Below, one piece after another: positions 30,313-40,050 of a DNA stretch of 64,000 bases. The notes below the pieces were generated by a model. It was given only the letters and a program-made list of their open reading frames with translations, searched no databases and was not told the DNA's origin. This stretch comes from Dermatophilaceae bacterium. GTDB taxonomy: Bacteria; Actinomycetota; Actinomycetes; Actinomycetales; Dermatophilaceae. Each line of letters starts with the position of its first letter. The first letter of the stretch is position 1. Made by a program: the position numbers and the translations under genes. The DNA is taken from NCBI GenBank assembly GCA_037045055.1, contig JBAOHJ010000001.1, positions 60,176-124,175 of the forward strand. Direction: 5' to 3'.

Positions 30313-32931
30313 CTACCCCCCCCAGGGCGTGAACGACACCGCCGCGGTGTGGCTGGCCGGGTCGTCTCGGGCGCTCAGCCGCGCCGCTGCCATGGCGGTC
30401 GACAGGCACTGCCCGCCGGCCAGGCCGTCGTGCAGCGCCGTCATCACCGGGATGGTCGCGGCGTCGTTGACGGGCACGACGCTGGCCAACACCGCCCTGG
30501 TGCCCAGGCCCAGCAGCGCGGTGACCAGCCCGAGGCCCTCGTCGGCGCCGACGGCCGCGGTGTCGCCGGCGTCGCAGGCCGACAGCACGAGGGTGTGCGG
30601 GGGGCGGGTCATCCCGTCGAGGTCGTGGAAGTACAGCGGCCCGTCGGCGAGGGTGAGCGCGGAGAACAGCGGCGCGTCGGCGCGGAAGCTGCCGTGCGCG
30701 GCCAGGTGGGCCAGGCCGGCGCCGTCCAACGCCCGGACCGTCTCGGCCACCGTCGCGCCAGCGCCGGACAGCACGGTCGCGGCGGCATACCGGGCGGCGA
30801 CGGCGGTCGCCTCGGCCGCCTGCGAGGTCAAGCCCGGCCCGGTGACCAGGACCGGTCGCCCGGGTGGTGGCACGGCAGCGCTGCGGGCCTGCAGCCACAG
30901 CCGTGCCGACGGGGCCAGCACGAGGCGGCGCGGGAACAGGGCCGGCAGCAGCCCCCACGGGGCGGCGTGCAGCGCCGCGGGGGGCACGACGACCACCCGG
31001 CCGGGCAGCCGGTCCGCGACCGGGCCGAGCAGGGCCTGCTGCAGCCGGGCGCCCATGCGAGCCACGTCCGCGGGCCGTCCGTATGCCGCCCGACGCAGGG
31101 CGAAGCGCGCGAACTCGCTCTCCCGCAAGGCGATCGTGGTGGCGCCCACCTCGTGACGGGTCACCCGCCCGCGGTGCACCCGCACGGCATACAGGGTGTC
31201 GCGGACGTCGACGAGGCTCACCAGCGCGTCGGACCCGACCGCCTCGACGAGGGCACCGAGGTCGAGCCGGGAGCTCTGCTCGCCCGACCCGCTGAGCTGC
31301 CGGTACCGACGGCGGATGCCGGCCTCGTGGCGGGCCCGCTCTCGGGTGGCTCGAGCCACCGTGGCGGCATCGGCGGCCGGGTCCTGCAGCCGACGGGTGG
31401 CCTGCCGGGCGCCGGCCAGGGTGGCGGCGAGCTCGGGGTCGGGTGGCGGGTGCACCGGGGTGGCGGCCAGCGCGGTGGCGCGCCAGCGCTCGCTCCACCA
31501 GAGCAGGTCCCGCGCCGACCCGGTGTCCAGCGCGCTGACCAAAGCCAGGGTGGACAGGTCCCGGCCGTGTCCGGTGGCCAGGGACCGCAGCTCGGTGTCG
31601 CCGAACGTGGCCCGGAACTCGTCCAGCGCGTCCAACCCCCGCCGGCAGGCGTGGCGCAGCGCCCGGGTGTCGGCCTGGGCGCCGGAGCGTAGGGCCGCGG
31701 CCAGCCAGCCGGAGGCCCGCGGCAACGACGCGCCGGTATGCCGCCCGCGCGCGGCCGCGTGCAGCTCCCGCTGGGCCACGCCCGGGCGGCGCAGGGTGAG
31801 CGCCAGGCGCCCGGCGAGCAGGTGGGCCAGCGGCGCCTCCGGGCCGCTGGCGCCGTCGAGCCGGCCGGCGAGGGCTATCGCCCGGGAGAGGTCTCGTGCG
31901 GTGGCCGGCCGGCCGGCCATCAGGGCCTCGGTGCGGACCAGCTGCGCGCGCCCGGCCCACGAGCCGCGCCGCTGCCGGGCGAACAGCGTGCCCGCTCTCG
32001 TGGCCAACTGCACCGCATCGGCGTCGTGGCCCAGCTGCAGCGCGGCCGAGGCCGCGACGAGCAGGAACTCCCCGCGCATCGGCGGCGGGACGTCGTCGCG
32101 CTGCGCGGCGGCCGTCGCTCGGGCCAGGGCCTCGGGGGCCAGCCCGGCGATCTGCAGCGCCCGGCAGCGGGTCTCCTCCGGCTCGGGCGGCACCGTGCCG
32201 CCGGCGGCGAAGTGCCGCTCGGCCTGCTCCAGGATGGCCAGCGTCCTGGGCAGGTCGCCGCGGTAGAGGGCGACGAGGGCCCGGTTGCCCACGACCCAGC
32301 CGGCCTCGAAGTGCTGACCGGCGGCGGCGAAGCGGGCGGCCGCGGCCTGCGCGTCGTCCTCGGCCGCGTCGTAGCGGCCCAGCAGACCCCGTGCCCAGCC
32401 GCGGTGCTCCAGGCAGCGGGCCTCCCAGACGAGGTCGCCGGCCCGGCGGGTGGCGACCAGCGCAGGGCCGAGGTGTTCCAGCGCCTCCTGCGGGCGCTCC
32501 AGGCGCAGCAGGGCGTGGGCCAGGCGCAGCCGGACCCGGGCTCGGTCCAGGCCGGTCACCAACCGGATCGCGTCCTGGAGTCTGGACAGGCCGGCCTGGC
32601 TGCGTCCGGCGGCGACGAGCAGCACGCCGAAGGTCGCCTGGACGTCGCCGATGCGCGCCGGATCGCCGGTCCGCCGGGCCAGCCGCGACGCCTGACGCAG
32701 ATGCCCGAGCGCGACCTGCGTGCGACCGGCGTCGCGGTGCACGATGCCCGCGGCCTGGTGGGCCACCGAGGCGATCCGCGGGTCGTCGCTCGTGCGCAGC
32801 GCGAGGTGTGCCATTGCTAGGGCTTTGTCCGGCTGGGATAGTGCCAATGGCAGCAGGCCGTCGACGTCGACCGTCGGCGTGGTGCCGGTGGGCGCACCGA
32901 CGAGCGGTGTCGTCGGCGCGGCAGTCGTCAT
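30313..32931 (-). CDS. TPR-repeat + CHAT-domain (caspase-like cysteine protease) protein, 872 aa
   Basis: The N-terminal ~550 aa are helical-repeat-like. The C-terminal CHAT domain has the His/Cys dyad in LAHLAAHGSF and HTLVLSACDAG. No signal peptide or TM segment. Confidence 0.82.
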   Translation of the reverse strand: MTTAAPTTPLVGAPTGTTPTVDVDGLLPLALSQPDKALAMAHLALRTSDDPRIASVAHQAAGIVHRDAGRTQVALGHLRQASRLARRTGDPARIGDVQATFGVLLVAAGRSQAGLSRLQDAIRLVTGLDRARVRLRLAHALLRLERPQEALEHLGPALVATRRAGDLVWEARCLEHRGWARGLLGRYDAAEDDAQAAAARFAAAGQHFEAGWVVGNRALVALYRGDLPRTLAILEQAERHFAAGGTVPPEPEETRCRALQIAGLAPEALARATAAAQRDDVPPPMRGEFLLVAASAALQLGHDADAVQLATRAGTLFARQRRGSWAGRAQLVRTEALMAGRPATARDLSRAIALAGRLDGASGPEAPLAHLLAGRLALTLRRPGVAQRELHAAARGRHTGASLPRASGWLAAALRSGAQADTRALRHACRRGLDALDEFRATFGDTELRSLATGHGRDLSTLALVSALDTGSARDLLWWSERWRATALAATPVHPPPDPELAATLAGARQATRRLQDPAADAATVARATRERARHEAGIRRRYRQLSGSGEQSSRLDLGALVEAVGSDALVSLVDVRDTLYAVRVHRGRVTRHEVGATTIALRESEFARFALRRAAYGRPADVARMGARLQQALLGPVADRLPGRVVVVPPAALHAAPWGLLPALFPRRLVLAPSARLWLQARSAAVPPPGRPVLVTGPGLTSQAAEATAVAARYAAATVLSGAGATVAETVRALDGAGLAHLAAHGSFRADAPLFSALTLADGPLYFHDLDGMTRPPHTLVLSACDAGDTAAVGADEGLGLVTALLGLGTRAVLASVVPVNDAATIPVMTALHDGLAGGQCLSTAMAAARLSARDDPASHTAAVSFTPWGG

Positions 32932-32964
32932 GAGGGTGGTTCCCCAGATTCAGGAGGGACGGAC

Positions 32965-34311
32965 GTGGCAGTCGATGATGGCAGTGGCAGCCTGAGCGGC
33001 GACAAGGGCAGGGTCGAGCCGGACGAACCGGTCCGCCCATTGTGGTGGCAGGACGAGCGGGTGGGGAACGAGCGCACCGCCGACCAGGTCGCCGAGATCG
33101 TCCAGGCCCTCGGCGGACGCGACGCCGTCGGTGTCATCGGCGAGCGTCCCGATGCCGACGGCCGGCTGAGCGAGGCGGATCTCGACGACCCCAAGGACTA
33201 CGGCGACATGGTCTACATGTACCGGCGCGGGCGCATCCTCGTGCGCGACCGGGACCTGCCGCGGGCGCTGCCGGTCGTCGACGGCCGACCGGTGGACGGG
33301 GGAGTCAACGGCCTCACCGTCGTGTCGGTCGCCGACACCCGCGCCGCGCTGGCCGACCTGGACCGGGTGCTGGGTGTCGGCGTCGGTTTCCCGGACCACG
33401 TCGTCCACGTGACCGGGTGGGGCGGCGGCGCGTGCCCCGCGACCGAGCCGATGCCGACGATGTCCAAGCGCCACCCGATCCGCGACTACCACGACGACTG
33501 CACGGGCGCCGGCGTCGTCGTCTCGCTCGTGGACACCGGCTTCGACCCCCTCGTCGCGAAGAACACCGAATGGCTCGACGGGGTCGACGGCGAGGCCGAG
33601 ACCTACGACGTGGACCACCTCGGCCCGTATGCCGGTCACGGCACCTTCGCCGCGGGTGTCGTGCGGACGATGGCCCCCAAGTGCGAGGCGTACGTCTACG
33701 GGTTCCTCCCGCACGGCGGGGCGATCTTCGAGAGCGACATCATCGCCGCGTTGCAGCGGGCCCTCGTGCGCGGCCCCGATGTCGTGTCGATGTCGGCGGG
33801 GACGCACAGTCGCGGCGACCTGGGCATGCTGGGGTTCCGGGTGCTGTGGGAGGAGTTCGCCCCGAAGGGCACGGTGCTCGTCGCCGCGGCCGGCAACGAC
33901 GCCAGTCGCAAACCGTTCTACCCGGCCGCCGACTCGTTCGCCATCGGCGTCGGCGCGCTCGACCCGGACGGCTCCCGCGCCGGCTACAGCAACTACGGCA
34001 GCTGGGTCGACGTCTACGCCCTGGGCTCCGAGCACGTCAACGCCTTCCCCGAGGGCACGTACGACTATCGGCAGGCACCCATGAAGGGACGCACCGCCCA
34101 GTTCGACACCTGGCTGGCCAGGTGGAGCGGGACGTCGTTCGCCACTCCTTTGGTCGCCGGCGTGATCACCGCCCGGATGACCTGGAGCGGCGAGAGCGGG
34201 CAGCAGGCCGGTGCGGCCGTGCTGAGCCTGGCCCGGGCCAACGCCCGGCGCGGCGTCGGTGCCGTCGTCGAGCCGTGGATGGCCTGCCGGCCCGATCAGG
34301 GGTGCTCGTAG
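32965..34311 (+). CDS. Cytoplasmic subtilisin-like serine protease (peptidase S8) with an unknown ~170-aa N-terminal domain
   Basis: Catalytic Asp (VVVSLVDTGF), His (GHGTFAAGVV), oxyanion Asn (AAAGNDAS) and Ser (WSGTSFATPLVAG). GTG start 7 nt after AGGAGG. No signal peptide. Confidence 0.85.
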   Translation: MAVDDGSGSLSGDKGRVEPDEPVRPLWWQDERVGNERTADQVAEIVQALGGRDAVGVIGERPDADGRLSEADLDDPKDYGDMVYMYRRGRILVRDRDLPRALPVVDGRPVDGGVNGLTVVSVADTRAALADLDRVLGVGVGFPDHVVHVTGWGGGACPATEPMPTMSKRHPIRDYHDDCTGAGVVVSLVDTGFDPLVAKNTEWLDGVDGEAETYDVDHLGPYAGHGTFAAGVVRTMAPKCEAYVYGFLPHGGAIFESDIIAALQRALVRGPDVVSMSAGTHSRGDLGMLGFRVLWEEFAPKGTVLVAAAGNDASRKPFYPAADSFAIGVGALDPDGSRAGYSNYGSWVDVYALGSEHVNAFPEGTYDYRQAPMKGRTAQFDTWLARWSGTSFATPLVAGVITARMTWSGESGQQAGAAVLSLARANARRGVGAVVEPWMACRPDQGCS

Positions 34312-34338
34312 GCCCCGGACCCGGGAGGCCCGCGGCGC

Positions 34339-35073
34339 TCAGCGCCCGCGCATCGCCTTGCGGTCCAGCCGCATCCGGCCGGGGTCGATGCCCTGCGGCA
34401 GCGGCACCCGCACGCCGCCCAGGGCCCGCAGCCGCTTGTTCACGGTGGCGACCTCGTCCTTGGTCAGCGTCGGGCGCAGTCGCTGGACCTTCGCGGTGAG
34501 CTTGCGGACCGCCACGACGTCGGCGCCGTCCCCGGTGCCCAGCCGCAGGGCGATGACGGGCACGTCGGGGGCCACCCGGGTGACCTTCTTGCGCTCGGCG
34601 GCGAGCACCCGCTGGGCCCGGGCCTCGGGACCTTCCGCGACCAGCACGACGCCGGGTCGTCCGACCGCCCGATAGACCAGGCCGGCCTCGGCCATGTCCC
34701 CCCCGCGCGCCGCCTCGACCGCGACCGGCTCCTGGCTGGTGAACCAGGTGCCGCGCAGCGCGCTCAAGGCGGCCCCCGCGGCGCCGGGCTTGCCTTCGAT
34801 CTGCCGGTATGCCGCACGCTCGGCTCGCCGGCTCATCACGATGGTCGCGGCGAGCACGGCCAGCGGCAGCCCGAGGAACGCGGCATACACCGGGTAGGCC
34901 AGCAGCCACCCGACGCCGACGACGACCGCCAGGGTGAGCACGAACGCCCCGAGCATCCACCAGCCGATCCGCGGGTCGACGGCCTTGGACTGGCGGTAGA
35001 CGTCGCGCATCTGCGCGATCCGCCCCGGCTTCTTCGTCGCGGCGGCGGGGTCGGGGGTGCGGTCCTTGGCCAT
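34339..35073 (-). CDS. DUF4191-family membrane protein (Rv2219-like)
   Basis: Starts MAKDRTPDPAAATKKPGRIAQMRDVYRQSK, followed by two TM helices. It lies directly upstream of lipA, as in mycobacteria. The start was moved to ATG 35071-35073. Confidence 0.75.
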   Translation of the reverse strand: MAKDRTPDPAAATKKPGRIAQMRDVYRQSKAVDPRIGWWMLGAFVLTLAVVVGVGWLLAYPVYAAFLGLPLAVLAATIVMSRRAERAAYRQIEGKPGAAGAALSALRGTWFTSQEPVAVEAARGGDMAEAGLVYRAVGRPGVVLVAEGPEARAQRVLAAERKKVTRVAPDVPVIALRLGTGDGADVVAVRKLTAKVQRLRPTLTKDEVATVNKRLRALGGVRVPLPQGIDPGRMRLDRKAMRGR

Positions 35074-35078
35074 GGCGG

Positions 35079-36104
35079 TCAGGATACGGCCGGGCCGGCT
35101 CCGGCGACCAACGCGGCGGCCTCCTGACGGGCGGGGGCCGCGGCCGCCGCCGCGAGGTGCGCCAGGTGCGCCGGGATCGGTCGGCCCCAGCGGCCCATCG
35201 CCTGAGCCCACAGCCGCCCGGCGCGGTAGGACGAGCGCACCAGCGGCCCGGCCATGACGCCCTTGAACCCGGCCGCCTCGGCGACCTGCGACCAGTGCAC
35301 GAACTCCTCGGGCGCGACCCACCGGTCCACCGGGTGGTGGCGCGGCGAGGGGCGCAGGTACTGGGTGACGGTGAGGATGTCGCAGCCCGCGTCGGCCAGG
35401 TCCCCGATCGCCGCCGCGATCTCTTCCTCGCGCTCACCCAAGCCGAGGATGAGGTTGGACTTGGTCACCAGTTGCGCCTCGCGGGCCATGGCGAGCACCC
35501 GCAGCGAGGTGTCGTAGCCGAAGGCCGGGCGGATCCGTCGGAAGATCCGCGGCACCGTCTCGAGGTTGTGGGCGAACACCTCGGGTCGGGCGTCGAAGAC
35601 CAGACCGACCAGCTCCGGCCGGGCCCCGAAGTCCGGCGGGAGGATCTCCACCCCGGTGGCCGGGTTGCGCTCGTGGATGGCCCGGACGGTCGCGGCATAC
35701 AGGCTCGCGGCGCCGTCGGGCCGGTCGTCGCGGGCGACCCCGGTGACCGTGGCGTAGCGCAGGTCGAGGGTGGCGACCGACTCGGCGACCCGGCGCGGCT
35801 CGTCGGGGTCCAGCGGCTGCGGACGGCCGGTGGCGATGTCGCAGAAGTCGCACCGGCGGGTGCAGGTGTCGCCGCCGATGAGGAAGGTCGCTTCGCGGTC
35901 CTGCCAGCACTCGAAGATGTTCGGGCAGCCGGCCTGCTGGCACACCGTGTGCAACCCCTCGTCGCGGACCATCGCGTGCATGGCGGTGTAAGCCGGCCCC
36001 ATGGTCGCCCGGGTGCGGATCCACGGGGGCTTGCGCTCGATGGGGGTCTGGGCGTTGCGGGCCTCGACGCGCAGCAGCCGGCGGCCCTGCGGTGCGACGC
36101 TCAC
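35079..36104 (-). CDS. lipA: Lipoyl synthase
   Basis: Auxiliary cluster motif [12 protein letters not shown] and radical-SAM motif CTRRCDFC. Confidence 0.95.
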   Translation of the reverse strand: MSVAPQGRRLLRVEARNAQTPIERKPPWIRTRATMGPAYTAMHAMVRDEGLHTVCQQAGCPNIFECWQDREATFLIGGDTCTRRCDFCDIATGRPQPLDPDEPRRVAESVATLDLRYATVTGVARDDRPDGAASLYAATVRAIHERNPATGVEILPPDFGARPELVGLVFDARPEVFAHNLETVPRIFRRIRPAFGYDTSLRVLAMAREAQLVTKSNLILGLGEREEEIAAAIGDLADAGCDILTVTQYLRPSPRHHPVDRWVAPEEFVHWSQVAEAAGFKGVMAGPLVRSSYRAGRLWAQAMGRWGRPIPAHLAHLAAAAAAPARQEAAALVAGAGPAVS

Positions 36105-36185
36105 GGTGGCTGCCTTCCTGCCGGGACCGGGTGCGGGACGGTGGACGCTCCAGCCTACGCCGGGATGCCGCCGGTGCCGGCCGCG

Positions 36186-36950
36186 TCAGGGGGCCACGGC
36201 GTCGGCCAGTCGACCCACCGCCTCGGCGACCACCGGCCCGACCATCACCGCGTCGTTGTGCCCCACCCCGGCCAGCACGAGCCGCTCGTGCAACCGGCCC
36301 GTCGCGTCGGCCACCAGGGCGCTGTAGCGCGACGGCACGATGTCGTCGGCGTCGCCGTAGATCACCGTCACGGGGACCTTGCTGTCGCGCAGGTGCTCGA
36401 CCACGGGGAACCGGTCGGGCAGCACCAGCCCGACCGGCAGCCAACCGGCGTGCTGACCGGCCACCTCGGCCAGCGACGTGAACGGCGAGCGCAGCGCGAG
36501 CCCGGCCGGCGGGTCGGTGCCGGCCAGCCGGGCCACCACTGCGGTGCCGAGGGACTCGCCGAGGTAGATGGTCCGCCCGGGGTCGAACCCGGCATCACGC
36601 AGGTATGCCGCGCCGGCCCGGGCGTCGCGGGCCAGGCCGTCCTCGCTCGGCGACCCGGGGTTGCCGCCGTAGCCGCGGTAGTCCATCGCCAGCACGGTGA
36701 ACCCTCGGTCGGCGAGGGCGGCGAACAGCGGCACCCGCCCGTCGCGGCTGCCCCCGTTGCCGGGGCAGAACAGCACCGCGACGCCCCGGTCCCGCCGGGC
36801 CGGTGGCAACAGCCAGGCAGCCAGCCGCAGCCCGTCCTCGGTGCTCAGCGTGACGTCCCGGCCCTGGGGCCACCACTGCCGGACCGACCCGACCCGGGCG
36901 GTGTCGGGGAAGTAGATGAAGGACCGGGCCAGTCCGTGCAGAGGGTTCAC
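36186..36950 (-). CDS. Alpha/beta hydrolase
   Basis: Nucleophile elbow GESLG. Prolyl-oligopeptidase/BAAT-like length of 254 aa. Confidence 0.8.
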   Translation of the reverse strand: MNPLHGLARSFIYFPDTARVGSVRQWWPQGRDVTLSTEDGLRLAAWLLPPARRDRGVAVLFCPGNGGSRDGRVPLFAALADRGFTVLAMDYRGYGGNPGSPSEDGLARDARAGAAYLRDAGFDPGRTIYLGESLGTAVVARLAGTDPPAGLALRSPFTSLAEVAGQHAGWLPVGLVLPDRFPVVEHLRDSKVPVTVIYGDADDIVPSRYSALVADATGRLHERLVLAGVGHNDAVMVGPVVAEAVGRLADAVAP

Positions 36951-37024
36951 GTCTGCGGCCTTGTCCCGTCCATGCGCCGAAGTGTCCCACCGCCGGGGCC
37001 GTCACGGGCGACCGGCCGCGACCG

Positions 37025-38287
37025 TCAGGCCCCGGCGGCCCGCCGGCGGTCGTCCTCGTGGGCGATGGAGCCCAGCTCACGCCACAACGCCGCGAGGATG
37101 AGCGCCGACCCGACGAAGCCGAACCAGTACGGCCCGGTAATGCCCCACCCGGCGGCGATGAGCCCGCCCAGGGCGCTGCCGACGACCATCCCGCCGAGCA
37201 TCGCCATGACATAGACGCTGCCCACCCGCCCCTGGATGTGGGTCGGTACCGCCCGCTGCCGGACGCTGGAGGCGACGGTCGCCCAATAGGCGAGATGGAT
37301 GCCGAAGAGCCCGAGCATCGCCATCGCCACCGCGGGGGTGCTCGTCACCGCGAGGGCGAGGTGGGTCAGCGTCTCGAGGACCAGGCCGTAGCGCATGACG
37401 TCGCCGAGCGGCACGTGCCGCTGCACCCAACCGTAGGTCGCGGTGCCGAGGATCCCGCCGACCGCGCCGACCGTGGTGAGCAGTCCGAAACCCACCGTCC
37501 CGAGACCGAGCCGTTCGGCGGCATACAGGACGAGCACCCCCCACGATGCCCCGTAGGTGACGTTGAAGAAGAGGATCTGCAGCACCAGGGCCCGCATCGC
37601 CCGGTGCCGCCAGGTCCAGGCCAGCCCGGCCCGGATGTCCGCGAGCACGCGCGGCCGGGGCGCGTCACCCTCACCCGGGCGCGGGAGGGTATGCCGCGGC
37701 AGCGCGATCCGGGCGAAGAGCAGCGCGCCCGCGAGGATGCAGATGGTCTGCGCGGCGAACGGCCACGCGGCCCCGACGGCGAACAGCGCCGCCCCGACGG
37801 GCGGCCCGACGAGCTGGTTGAGCGACACCCACCCGAAGGTCAGCCGGGCGTTGGCCACGCCCAGCCCGCCCGGCCCGACGATCATCGGCAGGACCGTGCG
37901 GGACGCCGCGTCGACGAAGGTCTCCGCGGTGGCGACCAGCACCAGGGTGGCGATGACGACGGCCACCGAGACCACGCCGCCGGCGATGCACCCGACGAGC
38001 GCGAGCACACCGACCGCGCGCACGACGTTGCCCCACAGGACGATCCGGCGGCGGTCGTGGCGGTCGGCCAGCGCGCCGGCATACAGGCCGAGGACGAACC
38101 CGGGCAGCCACTGGGTCAGGGCCGCGAGGGACACCAGCCGGGGGTCGGAGGTGAACGAGGCGACGAGCAGAGGACCGGCGGCCAGGGCGAAGCCGTCGGC
38201 GAGGTTGGCCACCCAGACGGAGCCCAGCAGCCAGCGGAACGGCCGGCCCAGCGTCAGCGGCGCGAGCAGGTCGAGGGCGCGGCTCAC
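37025..38287 (-). CDS. MFS transporter
   Basis: The last 420 aa of ORF 37025..38893 are polytopic, with a DRHDRRRIV loop after TM2. GTG start at 38285-38287 overlaps the lipB stop (GTGA). Confidence 0.8.
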   Translation of the reverse strand: MSRALDLLAPLTLGRPFRWLLGSVWVANLADGFALAAGPLLVASFTSDPRLVSLAALTQWLPGFVLGLYAGALADRHDRRRIVLWGNVVRAVGVLALVGCIAGGVVSVAVVIATLVLVATAETFVDAASRTVLPMIVGPGGLGVANARLTFGWVSLNQLVGPPVGAALFAVGAAWPFAAQTICILAGALLFARIALPRHTLPRPGEGDAPRPRVLADIRAGLAWTWRHRAMRALVLQILFFNVTYGASWGVLVLYAAERLGLGTVGFGLLTTVGAVGGILGTATYGWVQRHVPLGDVMRYGLVLETLTHLALAVTSTPAVAMAMLGLFGIHLAYWATVASSVRQRAVPTHIQGRVGSVYVMAMLGGMVVGSALGGLIAAGWGITGPYWFGFVGSALILAALWRELGSIAHEDDRRRAAGA

Positions 38288-38946
38288 GTGCGGGTGGGCC
38301 GCCGCTGGGGGGCGAGGTCGGCGAGCACGTCGGCGAGGTGACGCTCGACGAGCGGGAGCACCTCGGGCACGGTGACCGGCCGGCCCACCTCCTGCGACAG
38401 CGAGGTCACGCCCGCGTCGGCGATGCCGCACGGGACGATGACCTGCGCCCAGCCCAGAGCCGGGTCGCAGTTGAGCGCGAAGCCGTGCATGGTCACCTGG
38501 CGGCTGACCCGGATGCCGATGGCGCCGACCTTGCGCCGCGGCCCGCGGGCGTCCGGGAGCACCCAGGTGCCGGTCTGCCCCTCGACGCGTCCGGCGGCGA
38601 CGCCGACGTCGGCGCAGACCCGGATCATCATGTCCTCCAGGCGTCGGACGTACGCGACGACGTCGATGGGCGCCGGCAGCCGGACGATGGGGTAGCCGGT
38701 GATCTGACCCGGCCCGTGCCAGGTGATCTTGCCGCCCCGGTCCACCTCGAGGACCGGCGTGCCGTCGCGGGGGCGTTCGTGCGGCTCGGTGCGCTTGCCC
38801 GCGGTGTACACCGGCCGGTGTTCCAGCAGCAGCACCGTGTCGGGGTCGAGGCCGGCGACGACCCGGGCGTGCACCTCGCGCTGACGCTGCCACGCCTCGG
38901 CGTAGTCGACGTAGTCGGGCGCGAACCCGAGGTGCACCACGCGCAT
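38284..38946 (-). CDS. lipB: Lipoyl(octanoyl) transferase
   Basis: [27 protein letters not shown] and the active-site region PCGI. Confidence 0.92.
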   Translation of the reverse strand: MRVVHLGFAPDYVDYAEAWQRQREVHARVVAGLDPDTVLLLEHRPVYTAGKRTEPHERPRDGTPVLEVDRGGKITWHGPGQITGYPIVRLPAPIDVVAYVRRLEDMMIRVCADVGVAAGRVEGQTGTWVLPDARGPRRKVGAIGIRVSRQVTMHGFALNCDPALGWAQVIVPCGIADAGVTSLSQEVGRPVTVPEVLPLVERHLADVLADLAPQRRPTRT

Positions 38947-39003
38947 GGGGGCACCCTACGCGCGGTGGGCCGCCCCGGTGCCCTGCGTCGTTACGCTGCG
39001 GGC

Positions 39004-40041
39004 ATGGTGCGCGTGGGGCTCGTCGGCTACGGACTCGCCGGCGCGCAGTTCCACGCGCCGATGCTGCAGGCGGCCGGGCTCGAGGTCGCGGGTGTCGTGA
39101 CCCGCGACGCGGCGCGGGTGGCCCAGGTGACCCGAGAGCTGCCCCGCGCCCTCGTGCTGCCCGACGTGCCGGCCCTGCTCGCCCAGCCCGGGGTCGACCT
39201 CGTCGTCGTCGCCTCGCCCAGCGGCCGGCACGTCGAGCACGCTGCAGCGGCGTTGGCGGCGGGGATCGGCGTGGTCGTGGACAAGCCCCTGGCCGTCGAC
39301 GCGCCGTCTGCTCGCCACCTCGTCGCCACGGCGCGGCGCGGCGGCATACCGCTGACGGTGTTCCAGAACCGGCGCTACGACCCGGAGTTCGCGACCGTGC
39401 GCGACCTGGTCGCGGCCGAGGCCCTCGGGTCGGTGCGGGGTGCCGAGCTGCGGTGGGAGAGGTGGCGACCGGTGGGGCTGGACCGGTGGCGCGAACGTCT
39501 CCCGCCAGCCGAGGGCGGGGGGCTGCTGCTGGACCTGGGCACCCATCTGGTGGACCAGGCGGTGCTGTTGCTCGGGCCGGTCGCCGCCGTCTACGCGCAG
39601 GTGCGCAGTTGGACGACCCTCGCCGAGGACTACGCGTTCCTCGTCCTGCACCATGTGGGCGGGCTGGTCACCCAGGTGACCATGTCGTCGGTCGCCGGGG
39701 CGCCGGGGCCACGGTGGCGGGTCACCGGCAGCGACGGGACCTTCGTCCTGGGGTCGGCGGGGGCGGAGGCGAGCGCGTTTCCCGACGCCGACGGCCCGCC
39801 CGGTCAGCACGGGTGGGTGGTCCGAGGCGAGCGGCGCGAACCGGTCCGGGCCCGTGTCGCCGACCCGGTCGACTTCTACCGTCAGGTGGCGGTGGCGCTC
39901 GGGTCGGCCCACCCGCAGGAGGGTATGCCGGTCGACCCCGACGACGCGGTGCACGTCCTGGCGGTCCTGGACGCGGCGAGAGTCAGCGCGCGCGAGCGGC
40001 GTGCGGTCGACGTCGCCGTCGCACCCGAGCCGTCGGCGTAG
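39004..40041 (+). CDS. Gfo/Idh/MocA-family oxidoreductase
   Basis: N-terminal Rossmann VGLVGYGLAGAQFHAP and the EKP-like segment VVVDKPLA. ATG 39004 is in the frame of ORF 38338..40041. Confidence 0.8.
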   Translation: MVRVGLVGYGLAGAQFHAPMLQAAGLEVAGVVTRDAARVAQVTRELPRALVLPDVPALLAQPGVDLVVVASPSGRHVEHAAAALAAGIGVVVDKPLAVDAPSARHLVATARRGGIPLTVFQNRRYDPEFATVRDLVAAEALGSVRGAELRWERWRPVGLDRWRERLPPAEGGGLLLDLGTHLVDQAVLLLGPVAAVYAQVRSWTTLAEDYAFLVLHHVGGLVTQVTMSSVAGAPGPRWRVTGSDGTFVLGSAGAEASAFPDADGPPGQHGWVVRGERREPVRARVADPVDFYRQVAVALGSAHPQEGMPVDPDDAVHVLAVLDAARVSARERRAVDVAVAPEPSA

Positions 40042-40050
40042 TGCCCTAGC

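Noticed and set aside
29735-33040. 1101-aa minus-strand ORF overlapping the CHAT gene in another frame
   Set aside because: The 30313-32931 frame gives a coherent TPR + CHAT protein with a catalytic dyad. The alternative frame is arginine/proline-rich noise.
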